Source of the DNA: Candidatus Omnitrophota bacterium
GTDB lineage: Bacteria > Omnitrophota > Gorgyraeia > 1-14-0-20-64-10
NCBI GenBank assembly: GCA_016177405.1
Contig: JACOVG010000021.1
Span: forward strand, 14,434-78,433
Reading direction: 5' to 3'
DNA: 64,000 nt
This document shows positions 46,901 to 54,083 of this stretch, in pieces. A program made the position numbers and the translations under genes. Under the pieces are notes generated by a model. The model searched no databases, was not told the origin of the DNA, and saw nothing but the letters and a program-made list of their open reading frames with translations. Every line of letters starts with the position of its first letter. Position 1 is the stretch's first letter.

Positions 46901-49900
46901 GCGAGGAGTCCCCCAAAACACTGATAAAACCATTGATATTCCGTATAGCCCCCGAGACAAAACCCCATCGGTGGACAACCGACAAGATGCCCCTCGGAAG
47001 ACCCCAGACCCAGACCGCTAGGGCAGGAAGGAGGTGGACCCCAAGAAGCGTCCCGCCGATGATGGCAAGGGCGTGAGCGCCCACAAAGCCCGCCACCACC
47101 TGCGGCAAGAAAAACAGAGCCGCCGCGAATGCCGGAAAGATGAGCCAGCGAAGGTTGAGGAGGCGGCCGGCATCCTGATCCTCCCAGGCCCAGAGGATGT
47201 TGAAGACAAAAGCGGCCAAGCCGGCCACTCCAAGAATTGTCGCCCCAAAGGTCGGCCAGGCGATAAAGACGGTCAATAAAGCGGCCAAAAGCCCCGCTCC
47301 CAAAGCCAGGGGGTGCTCCACATTGGGCCTCTCCCCGACGAAGTCCATGAAGCGGCGCATCATCATGGAGAGGGTGTAGCCGCCCACCTGCCAGAGGACG
47401 ACGAGCGGCACCAGAAGGTCGTACTTGGCCCAGTGGAATTTCTGGGAGAAGCTCTTCAAGGTTCCATCCCTGTCCTCTCCGCCGAAAGCCGCCATGGGGA
47501 GAACCCCCAGGAAATATGGAATCGCGCGCAGGGCAAGCTCCACAGAACTCACCAGGTAAAAGAGGGCCATGAGGGTAAGCCGCCCGCCCAAGATCAGCCC
47601 CGCTCCCGCGATGATCCAAGGAGAGGCGTGAGCCACGACAAGCGCCGGCACGACCCACTTCAGGTAGGGGACAAGAAGAGCCCCCCAGGGCAGCCAGTTT
47701 CTAAGCATGAGCCCTGGGCCCCATTTCTCCTTCCGCATGGCTGGGCGGTCTCGCTTCTCCAGGCGCCAGCGGACCAGCCACAGGATTCCACGTTTTACCG
47801 AGGAGCGGTATTTATCGTTTTCGGGCTTATAGGCCCCCTGAACCACGGTCCAGGGCCGCCAATCCAGGTGGATGGGGGGCGCGGTGACGCCTTTTTTGAT
47901 CCATTCCTCCACCGGGCCGTACATCTCGGCCATCAGGTCCTGGTTGATCCAGAGGCCCTGCCGGCGCTCCGGGGTCAGCCGCTTGGCCGATTCCACATAG
48001 AGCCGGGCGAAGAGCTCCTCGATATTGCCCACCTGAAGGAAATGGTGATCCACCGAGATCCGCCGGGTGGCCGGGTTGACCCGGATCATCGCCGCCCCGA
48101 GCAGGCGCCGAAGGTATTTGACCTTTCGCATGAGATCCGCCGTCACTTCAGGCGGCAGGGCCATCTGAACATCCATCCATCCCGACGCGGGAATAGGGCC
48201 ATTCTGAAGAGCGGCTACCTGGGCGGCCGGATCGACCGCTTTTATGGCTTCCGCCACCGCCTGCCGCCAGGCGTCGTTGACGTATCCTCCGCCCAGCGGC
48301 ACTTGTGCCGCCATCCGGCCCGGCGCCGCGGGGGTCAAGGCCCGGCCCACCGACTCTTGAGCGAAGGTGCCAAGCTCCGCCAGATCATCCGGTAGAGGAA
48401 GCTTGTCGGGAGGCGGCACATTGCTGGACTGCATCGTTGCGCTTCGCTTGGCGAATCCCCAAGTGGGAAGGTTAAAGACGGTGCCGGCCTCCACCAGTCC
48501 CCGGAAGCGCTCCACGCGGCCGCCACTTCGGGCAACCTCCTTCTGCCGGATCCCATACACCTTCGCCGCGACAAGGTTTTCGATCTTGACCGGAGCGGCC
48601 TCCTCCAGGCCGGTCAGGTGGGGGTCTCCTGTGCTGGCCGAGGGCACTTGCCGGAAGGAAACGGCGCCCGGGGTCCGGGGCGGAGGACGAGAGCGCCAAT
48701 GGGCCGCGGCGTAGACCAAACTTGCCAAGGCCCATCTGACCGACAGCCACGCCAGCCAGAGGGCGCCGCTGCCCAAGAGGAAAATCCAGCCGCGGATCAT
48801 AGCGCCGCGGTAACTGTCCCGCGGTTTCTCCGGGGCCAGCTCCAGGGGCTCTCCCGGTTTCTTTTCCTTCCGCGCCTGCTCCTCCACCGACCGCTCGAGG
48901 GCCGCGCGAAACTCCTTCTTGCTCTTGGGAACCAGGGTAAGGCTCGCCTTGCCATCCGCAGCGGTCTGCTCGACCACCCTCGCCCAAAGGCCGAACCGAT
49001 CCTCCAGGAGCTCTTTCATCTGCCGGGAATCCGGCTTCCCCGCGGCGCCGCCCAGCGCTTCCCTCCAACCGTTCCAATAGCCCAGCTCTTTCCGAAAGAT
49101 CTCAAGCTCTTCTTCGATCTGGTCTCTTGGGAAGCTGTCGGCCGGTTTGGCCTCCGGGCTGACCACCTCCACAATCCCCTGCGTCCTGGAAAGGAGGCGT
49201 TCCGGCGTGACGAAACTGCTCACCCGGCCGCGGATTCCCTCCAGGTCCCAGCGAAGCGCCGCGGCGGACCAGCTTAGCCTGCCCCGGGGGAAATCCTTGA
49301 GCCACAAAACAATCCGCCGGGGATGCCCCTTCTTAAGATCGACCACCGCCTCCCACTCGTACCGCCTGCCGGTCGAGTGGTGATAGGCCGTCAGAACAAT
49401 CCGGTAGAGGGTTTCTTCCGCGCTGCCGTGGTGGGTCAACTGAAGCGCCACCGGAACGGCCTCGCCCTCGACCGCGTCCTGGTGGGAGGGTGCCGCCCCT
49501 TGCACCCTGGCGAATCCCCAGCCGGCATGGACCATCGGCAAGCTGGGCATATTCCCCACAAAGACCTCCTCGAACCCTTCCAGATCGGTGACAAAACGGG
49601 GTTTCTGCGGGCTGTCGGCGATCCGGGCCAATTCCTCTTCCCAGGCCCGCGCCAACGCCTTGGCTTTTTCATGATCGTCGTTCTGGGGATCGCGGAGGGC
49701 GTCGCTGAAATCACCGAAGCTCCGATGCCCGTTCAACAAGGAACCGGCGTAGGCCTTCACCAGGGCGGGACTGGCGGCGCCCTGTCTCAACAAGGCTTCG
49801 TCGGTGGGAACCATCAGCCGCTCAAAGAGATCTTCCTGGACCTGCTCATCGCCGCCAACCGTCGGAAGCGGCTCCAACTGGGCGACTGTTTCAGAAAGCC

Positions 49901-52900
49901 TGCCGCCGCCGATGATGACCGCCTTCTTCCAGCGATGTCCGAAGGCCTTCTCCCGTGGTTCCTTCATGTCCGCCAGATCCTGAAGTTTCTTGACCGCCGC
50001 GGCAGGATCGGTCAAGGAGACCTCGGCGGCCTGGAGACTTTCCTTGCTGGACGCCATGGAATCCCCCGCGAAGATCAGGGGGGTGTTCAGCTCGCCCACC
50101 ACCACCCGTTCCAGCTCCTCGCGGGCCTCTTTCCCGGCGCCAGTGATCAGAATCCCTTTCGCGCCGAAGCCGTTCTCCTGGTTCAGAAGCAGAAGGACCC
50201 GCAGGGCCGCCGGCAGGGTATCCTGGCGCCTGCCCTTGAGGCGCTCCGCGCTCTCGCGCTGTTGGGCCAACTTGGAAATCTTCAATTGAGAGAGGATTCC
50301 CGCGTCCAGCTCAAAGTAAACATCAAAACCCTCCTCCAGGGCGCGGCCAATCACCTGGCCGGCCTTTTCCATGCCGCCCAAGAGAGCCCCTCCGGGGCGG
50401 GCGGTCTTCTCGGCCCTCTGGGCCAGGGCCTGAAAAAGCTCCCCCTCCAGAGCCGGAATCCTCAAGGAGATCGAGGTCACCCCGCTCGCCCGCAGGTACT
50501 TGAGGGCGTACGTGAAGGCATCCGGATCGTCCGCCTCCTGAAGCTCCATCCGCGCCACCGTCTCCATCCGGCCGGACGCCGCCAAGCCGATCCTGTTCTG
50601 ACGCAGCACGCGCAAGGCCGCCGCCTCCTCCAGCCGCCCCTCGGCAAGCAGTCTCCCTTCCTTCTCTCCCGGCAGTCCCTGAAGGATCTTCCCGAATCTT
50701 TGCCGCGCCTCTCGGACAAGGTAAGGCCAGTATTGGGACACGACAGAGAGATCCGTGCCGGGACCCACCGATTCCTCCACATATCCCTCCGGGCCAAAGA
50801 GGCGGATGTTATAAAAGTTCACCCCCTGCACCAATTGTGGAAACGGTATCTCCACAGCCCCCTCTTTCTCCCCCGGCGGCATGTTGACCTGCCCCCATTC
50901 CTCCGGCTGAACCTTCTCACCGGAACCGCCGTAGCCCTTGCCGAATCGGACCGCCACGGCCGCGTTGCCGCCGCGGCTCTGGCGCCACGCCTTCAGCCAC
51001 CAGGGATCGTTGGGGTCTTCCACATAATCCCGCTCGACGGTCACGCGAAGAGAAAGCTTCTCGTCTACCGTGGGAACGTGGAGGTCGGCGCTGGTTCCCA
51101 GGACATTGGTCGTTAGAACCTCGGTCTTGCCGTCCTTCGCGCGGAGGATCTCCACCTTCTTCACCCGGAGGGCTCCTGGCGAGGAGAGAGTACTTTGGAG
51201 CTGGCGGATGGGCTTCAGCCAAATCCCCTCTTGCGCCGCCGGCCAGGCATCCAGCTCAAACCGGAACTTCCCTTCGGCCGTGTTGACAATCATCCTCATC
51301 AGGCGATGGGGAACAGCCCCGCCCACCGTTCCGGCCGCCTGCCCTTGGGCGAGACTCCTTCCGAAATCCCAGAACTTATCCCAGAAAGTCCTTGGCCTTG
51401 GCTTCTCAACCCGCTCCCAAAGACTGGACTCTTGGCTGTCGCCAATCATGAAATAGACAAAATCGGAGAAGTGGCCGGCCTGTTCGGAAAACTCCGGCGT
51501 CAAGGCCCATCCCTCCGGGCCGGCGATCACCCTCCGGCCAGGCATCCCCAGGGCCAGGAGGGCGCCGGTGCCGGTGATGTTCACCACAACACTGGGCGCC
51601 TGACTTTCTTCAACCACCTCCTTGAGCCTGGCCTCTGTTCCGGCAGGGTCCTTGGCAAATTCATCTTGCAGGGTAGCCGTGCGCTCTTGGAGGGCCGGCA
51701 TGAGATTCACCGCCAGCGCCATTCTCTCTTTCGGCACCCCGGGAAGCTGCACCTTCCCGAGGGAGGCGCCCATTTGATCCAGATCCGCCGCCGCCATGAC
51801 CACCGGAACGATTCGCCGATCCATCTCCTTCACGCCGCGCTCCTCCAGAACCTCGGAAAGAATCCGGCCAAAGGGATCCAGCTCGGCCGAGGGAATAAAG
51901 GTATGAAGCTTGAACTCCCAGGGAAACTGCAGGCGCTTGAGGGCCTCCAGGTGCCACTCGTACCAGCGCCAGGCCAAGCTCTTCAAAAGCTCCGGGTTTT
52001 TCGGCTGCCCATTCGCGTCGGCGGCCGAGGCCTCCTTCCACTCCGGCGTGGTCCAGATCCGGTTTCTCACGTAGGCCTGATCCCAGTCGAAATCGGGGTA
52101 GGCGAGGTAGGCCTCGACGTAATGGAGAAGAGCGCTGTCTCGTCCGGAGGGATGAACGCAGTCGGCCACATCCACCAAGGGGGAAACCTTGGCTCCCTTG
52201 GCGCGCGCGGTGTGAATATCCCGGACAAAGACCTCGTGGATCGCCCTCTTGTTCGGATAGGCCTCGAACCCTTTAAAATCGACGGCGGCCTCGGTTGCCA
52301 GCAGGACCCTTCCCTCAACCGCACCCACACCCTGGAAGATTCTCTCCTTGACTGCCTGACCGGCCAGATCCAGTCGAGCGTAATCCCAGATGGGCACCAC
52401 CAGTTTCCCTCTAGGGGCAACCTGGGGCGCCTCCCAGGTTTCCGCGGAATCCGCTCCTCCGGGCGCCCAGGCCCAGACGCGCGCCAGGTTTCCCATTATC
52501 TCGGAATTCACAGAGGGCCTGAACATGGTCCGGGGGACAATCCCCCGGCTGCGCTCTGGAAGGGTGCCCGCGAGGGCCGTCTCCCTGCCTTCCTCTGGCT
52601 GTTTGAAGATGATCTCCGCGTTCAGAACATCCGGATCCGGCTCTCCCTCCTCGAAAGAATCCAGAGCGAAGAACCTTATCGGCAGTTGATCCGGCGAGAA
52701 GGGATATTTGACTTCACCCTTGGTCACAATGGGATCCCCAGGCCCGGCCTGTCTCAAATAAATTGGGAACAGCCCTGGAACGAGAACTCCGGATTCGGGC
52801 GCGGCCTGATCCGACGGCTGTCCCTGAACCGGTTCGGCCGCGGCCCCATGGGAAAAACCGAGGAAGGCCGCCAGCCCCACCGCCGCCAGAGAAGCCCATT

Positions 52901-53957
52901 TCAAACCGCGGCGTGCGAACCTTTTCTGCTCCTCTTCCTCCCTGGCTTCTTCTTGGGCGCGCGCCTGCTCCAATTGACCGCGCCTGGCCAGGGCCTGCTT
53001 AACGGCGGGGATCTCAAGATAATGCCTGGCCACCCTCCCATAGGACCGGGGCGACTTCTCGAGCGCCAGCTGCAGCGCGTACCGGTCTTCCAAGCGAAGG
53101 GCAGCCGCCGCGGCGATACCCAGGTTAAAGCGATCGCTGAACCGCTCCATGAGGGGATCGTTGGTTGCCTGCACGGCCAATCGAACGCCCTGGCTCCAAC
53201 GGGACGGCTTGGCCTTGGACGGAACGGGGACCACGACGGTCAAATAGCCCAAGGGGGTGTTGGGTGACGACTTCTTCGAGGAAACCCCCTCCGCGATAAG
53301 CTCACCGACTACCTTGGGAGAATCAAAGGCGCCCAGAACCAAGAGGGTCACATTCACCCCTTTTTGGCGCAGTTGGGCAACCTTCTCCAGCGTCTCTCTC
53401 GTAATACCCGACGGCTCCAGAAGCGGCTCGCCGGCCTGCCGGTCCTCCTGCCAAGGAGTCCCAAGAGAGACAACAACTGCTTTATCAAATTTGCTTTCAA
53501 AGAGAAGGTATCCCTGCCGCTTGAAGGCGCGCGGCGCGGGCACCAAGAAAGCGGCGGAACGAGAGGGCTTGGGAACAATGTTTTCCTTGGGAGGCGGCTC
53601 GACCGTCGCCCCTCGCTTCACCCAGAAATTCACCGTCGGGCTGGAAACCGTCGGCTGCTTGGGTGAGGCAGACTCCGTTTGGACCGGGACATGAAGGGCC
53701 TCTTCCAGGCCGGATTTGACGCTGCCTGGGGTTGATGCTTCCGCCTGCTCGACACGCAGGTGGGTTTCCACGGGGACAGTCCCCGTTGCCCAGCCCGCGG
53801 GAAGGAGGGTGGTGACTGTGAAGGCGAAGGCGGTCGCGGCGGCTAGCCCCTTGAGGATCGGCTTAAAACGGGGTTTCTGGGAGGTCAGCAAGACTCCTCC
53901 ATCAGCTTCAGGAGAAGCTTTTTTAATCGTCCCTAAGAACTCTGTAAAGTTAAACAT
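40941..53957 (-). CDS. Giant GLEE-punctuated membrane protein (4338 aa; exported N-region, multi-TM blocks, coiled coil)
   Basis: Uninterrupted 13-kb ORF; N-terminal hydrophobic segment, two multi-TM clusters, E/K/Q-rich coiled coil, 6 GLEE. Confidence 0.85.
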   Translation of the reverse strand: MFNFTEFLGTIKKASPEADGGVLLTSQKPRFKPILKGLAAATAFAFTVTTLLPAGWATGTVPVETHLRVEQAEASTPGSVKSGLEEALHVPVQTESASPKQPTVSSPTVNFWVKRGATVEPPPKENIVPKPSRSAAFLVPAPRAFKRQGYLLFESKFDKAVVVSLGTPWQEDRQAGEPLLEPSGITRETLEKVAQLRQKGVNVTLLVLGAFDSPKVVGELIAEGVSSKKSSPNTPLGYLTVVVPVPSKAKPSRWSQGVRLAVQATNDPLMERFSDRFNLGIAAAAALRLEDRYALQLALEKSPRSYGRVARHYLEIPAVKQALARRGQLEQARAQEEAREEEEQKRFARRGLKWASLAAVGLAAFLGFSHGAAAEPVQGQPSDQAAPESGVLVPGLFPIYLRQAGPGDPIVTKGEVKYPFSPDQLPIRFFALDSFEEGEPDPDVLNAEIIFKQPEEGRETALAGTLPERSRGIVPRTMFRPSVNSEIMGNLARVWAWAPGGADSAETWEAPQVAPRGKLVVPIWDYARLDLAGQAVKERIFQGVGAVEGRVLLATEAAVDFKGFEAYPNKRAIHEVFVRDIHTARAKGAKVSPLVDVADCVHPSGRDSALLHYVEAYLAYPDFDWDQAYVRNRIWTTPEWKEASAADANGQPKNPELLKSLAWRWYEWHLEALKRLQFPWEFKLHTFIPSAELDPFGRILSEVLEERGVKEMDRRIVPVVMAAADLDQMGASLGKVQLPGVPKERMALAVNLMPALQERTATLQDEFAKDPAGTEARLKEVVEESQAPSVVVNITGTGALLALGMPGRRVIAGPEGWALTPEFSEQAGHFSDFVYFMIGDSQESSLWERVEKPRPRTFWDKFWDFGRSLAQGQAAGTVGGAVPHRLMRMIVNTAEGKFRFELDAWPAAQEGIWLKPIRQLQSTLSSPGALRVKKVEILRAKDGKTEVLTTNVLGTSADLHVPTVDEKLSLRVTVERDYVEDPNDPWWLKAWRQSRGGNAAVAVRFGKGYGGSGEKVQPEEWGQVNMPPGEKEGAVEIPFPQLVQGVNFYNIRLFGPEGYVEESVGPGTDLSVVSQYWPYLVREARQRFGKILQGLPGEKEGRLLAEGRLEEAAALRVLRQNRIGLAASGRMETVARMELQEADDPDAFTYALKYLRASGVTSISLRIPALEGELFQALAQRAEKTARPGGALLGGMEKAGQVIGRALEEGFDVYFELDAGILSQLKISKLAQQRESAERLKGRRQDTLPAALRVLLLLNQENGFGAKGILITGAGKEAREELERVVVGELNTPLIFAGDSMASSKESLQAAEVSLTDPAAAVKKLQDLADMKEPREKAFGHRWKKAVIIGGGRLSETVAQLEPLPTVGGDEQVQEDLFERLMVPTDEALLRQGAASPALVKAYAGSLLNGHRSFGDFSDALRDPQNDDHEKAKALARAWEEELARIADSPQKPRFVTDLEGFEEVFVGNMPSLPMVHAGWGFARVQGAAPSHQDAVEGEAVPVALQLTHHGSAEETLYRIVLTAYHHSTGRRYEWEAVVDLKKGHPRRIVLWLKDFPRGRLSWSAAALRWDLEGIRGRVSSFVTPERLLSRTQGIVEVVSPEAKPADSFPRDQIEEELEIFRKELGYWNGWREALGGAAGKPDSRQMKELLEDRFGLWARVVEQTAADGKASLTLVPKSKKEFRAALERSVEEQARKEKKPGEPLELAPEKPRDSYRGAMIRGWIFLLGSGALWLAWLSVRWALASLVYAAAHWRSRPPPRTPGAVSFRQVPSASTGDPHLTGLEEAAPVKIENLVAAKVYGIRQKEVARSGGRVERFRGLVEAGTVFNLPTWGFAKRSATMQSSNVPPPDKLPLPDDLAELGTFAQESVGRALTPAAPGRMAAQVPLGGGYVNDAWRQAVAEAIKAVDPAAQVAALQNGPIPASGWMDVQMALPPEVTADLMRKVKYLRRLLGAAMIRVNPATRRISVDHHFLQVGNIEELFARLYVESAKRLTPERRQGLWINQDLMAEMYGPVEEWIKKGVTAPPIHLDWRPWTVVQGAYKPENDKYRSSVKRGILWLVRWRLEKRDRPAMRKEKWGPGLMLRNWLPWGALLVPYLKWVVPALVVAHASPWIIAGAGLILGGRLTLMALFYLVSSVELALRAIPYFLGVLPMAAFGGEDRDGTLKSFSQKFHWAKYDLLVPLVVLWQVGGYTLSMMMRRFMDFVGERPNVEHPLALGAGLLAALLTVFIAWPTFGATILGVAGLAAFVFNILWAWEDQDAGRLLNLRWLIFPAFAAALFFLPQVVAGFVGAHALAIIGGTLLGVHLLPALAVWVWGLPRGILSVVHRWGFVSGAIRNINGFISVLGDSSHPDHEYAKRFLTWLTEDRRISDTLSPQAKAYAPNVRASDLQRALLDPANPANSIAKELLSFWMRSGHWTVFNHESAESRLTGILNKPKAEEKEPFKKKFLRTILDTLPSKLHGLTDVLFLVRDSSGAVMTLSEPETEWVNALDQKGRWYTGDILTKLREWAGYRLMFPLAELVHEKFYKTEEFTDLAERLMLSTERNAVASGLWRLMEDPYLEKWTGMGQSPPIIGIRPVDPARDGGLIRQLNTDVSPGFAGSDGRFITYLEGWSTPGLSLPYKVDTYHVNEKGEKVQGDGLRTVVQLLPSRTDYRFIMRDDPESLSKGMKLAALRGWQYMDSGRLALHRTGLEEPLRLAWPGPNEEQYEFPGETHVSVKRHLDVTLESYRGMAGDRAALHLELLADSPENRRGHDTSSSQLPAEDRLSRWWGTRVVRAILREAVTAASFFRLQGQGKALNTREADEAKEPVPAGLTRANIRGNPQAITAAEQAARGLLVGLKHHPFANVFLHTHVSEEISSQLELTHGTDTADPAWPYFRLLQIAVERPKAWGFRVKRYGREPEPVTLGGVIDELLGLSAGGLGEIVVNEYADEMNQRHQKGEPEIPFELYLRSLSPLHQDSGTLMAMLRDTRANTGARWGDILAGLHHRVGDTNFVRQWAQETGQTVPQAQAAMPDTQHFSDEFRQGRLHLYDVRDPGHRAVTGALTGLMVGGLAALFLGAGGGLAAGAIAGVATAFLTAWPPASGGGLFSGYRRAPRGLAVGVLSGVTLLGLAKFLGLAPAIWPTLPALGGVLGAMGLILAASVGVGMVGALVYLLAAADPLSRTPRRVFAGYAGLAASLGILFLAPSFWLAGSILFGIVSGLIAAKANLFLPSLWMTGSRQPILMGWLAAFIGFVLIPFGFPALGLGFALTISVGLGAVIAGLFRLLRASGPPYSRDIRILARLFGRTPNQFAGFWDSSTWQLKLGLPLAEGTGYFTKVPLWWRGGVIPPDAPPLTILQAIRILEVPPDLAPISAFNVLAWRRAYAILEQLLKAEDTLGGYEGVEEFRGITGGPLEIWYELVTGQRFRRRRGANPPGGPLPPAAAIFQQEMQHLSAELKQLDSALSRAAEFGLGEALRDANQRMFNLPIFTGDQSAHEGVLVTLDGYRHEVTVTGIARVAEVPGRSKFSVLIGQGPAAQAVTLTVDRDASVISDNAGNRYKDSFLSTPYHLQENLWGLKAFDTLQMRWPALAHGVSNLSNVLSGWTLSHLNFEWVNEKPGDSNAEGNYALLMEPDFLPEGRKALEKDLRETARLLSRPMAMGPSLGPPAQGSGTFDQLIGMTADQLRTHLDGVNTQLRASTGNKSMNDFMGGKYGPIEKLGDSQRDRAQRQQLAAQVATGVKPVLRLHLTQQLLRRMVRLKEALEAWDTEVAPVVARFRDHTVPELQKNKPLTPIDPWQGLAYAIADTRGAAPAGAVHSTVTLEQALEAAVHANPGLPSKDQILQALKSDPKAFFANFLDLVDELNKIPAMRQVLDEIRRSASGAGLEEGSEVLEKWTLGRWGVPQDLLDDPQRRQQAFGLLKDLRADQAAGWAEKPDEEKRSLLEAKLKEAGIWPALLPGEGPVPPKVEPVTAAPEAAPVDRAPELQELREQMERAVQAARAREEALRQADETTREWQVEFAELVEALEAREGLLLSAKEAQEELEREVLKLQNEAREEGNAHQEQVAKLEGQLAGVRRAIKEEIRKRQRAHQEEAAALKTQIGELQSDVRGHLEAQAAFEEAFNHQVKRWADLGDWEGEKIDLKKKVGGLEKENGELWALVGQLKQKARELEETSRKGEAGLEELSKRLGQLTALERAALGVLDSDGIFGFSVVNEGPRAKIFLFDNPQSWRLAPFIAQLAPVAVLTKTAEEAAALEELFEASGTPSTRYAVEALEWHRGNRALAEQALAEHFNRHLPAGLPGVILQTVPVVADIEALLRFLEGHGVVIYNLSGIAVGLEEVQTYLESLA

Positions 53958-54083
53958 CTTCGTCAGATGCGTCCCTCCTTTACAGATACCCCTACATCAG
54001 AAAGTTTACCTGATGCGCCGCCAATTATCAAATTTTATAACTAAGTATATTCTGCTACTAACTATTAGCCAGATCTCTCTTCG

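Noticed and set aside
53996-54015. CATCAG-N-CTGATG inverted repeat between giant genes as terminator or riboswitch
   Set aside because: Short stem, no U-tract, no recognisable RNA family; could be an operator but unsupported.
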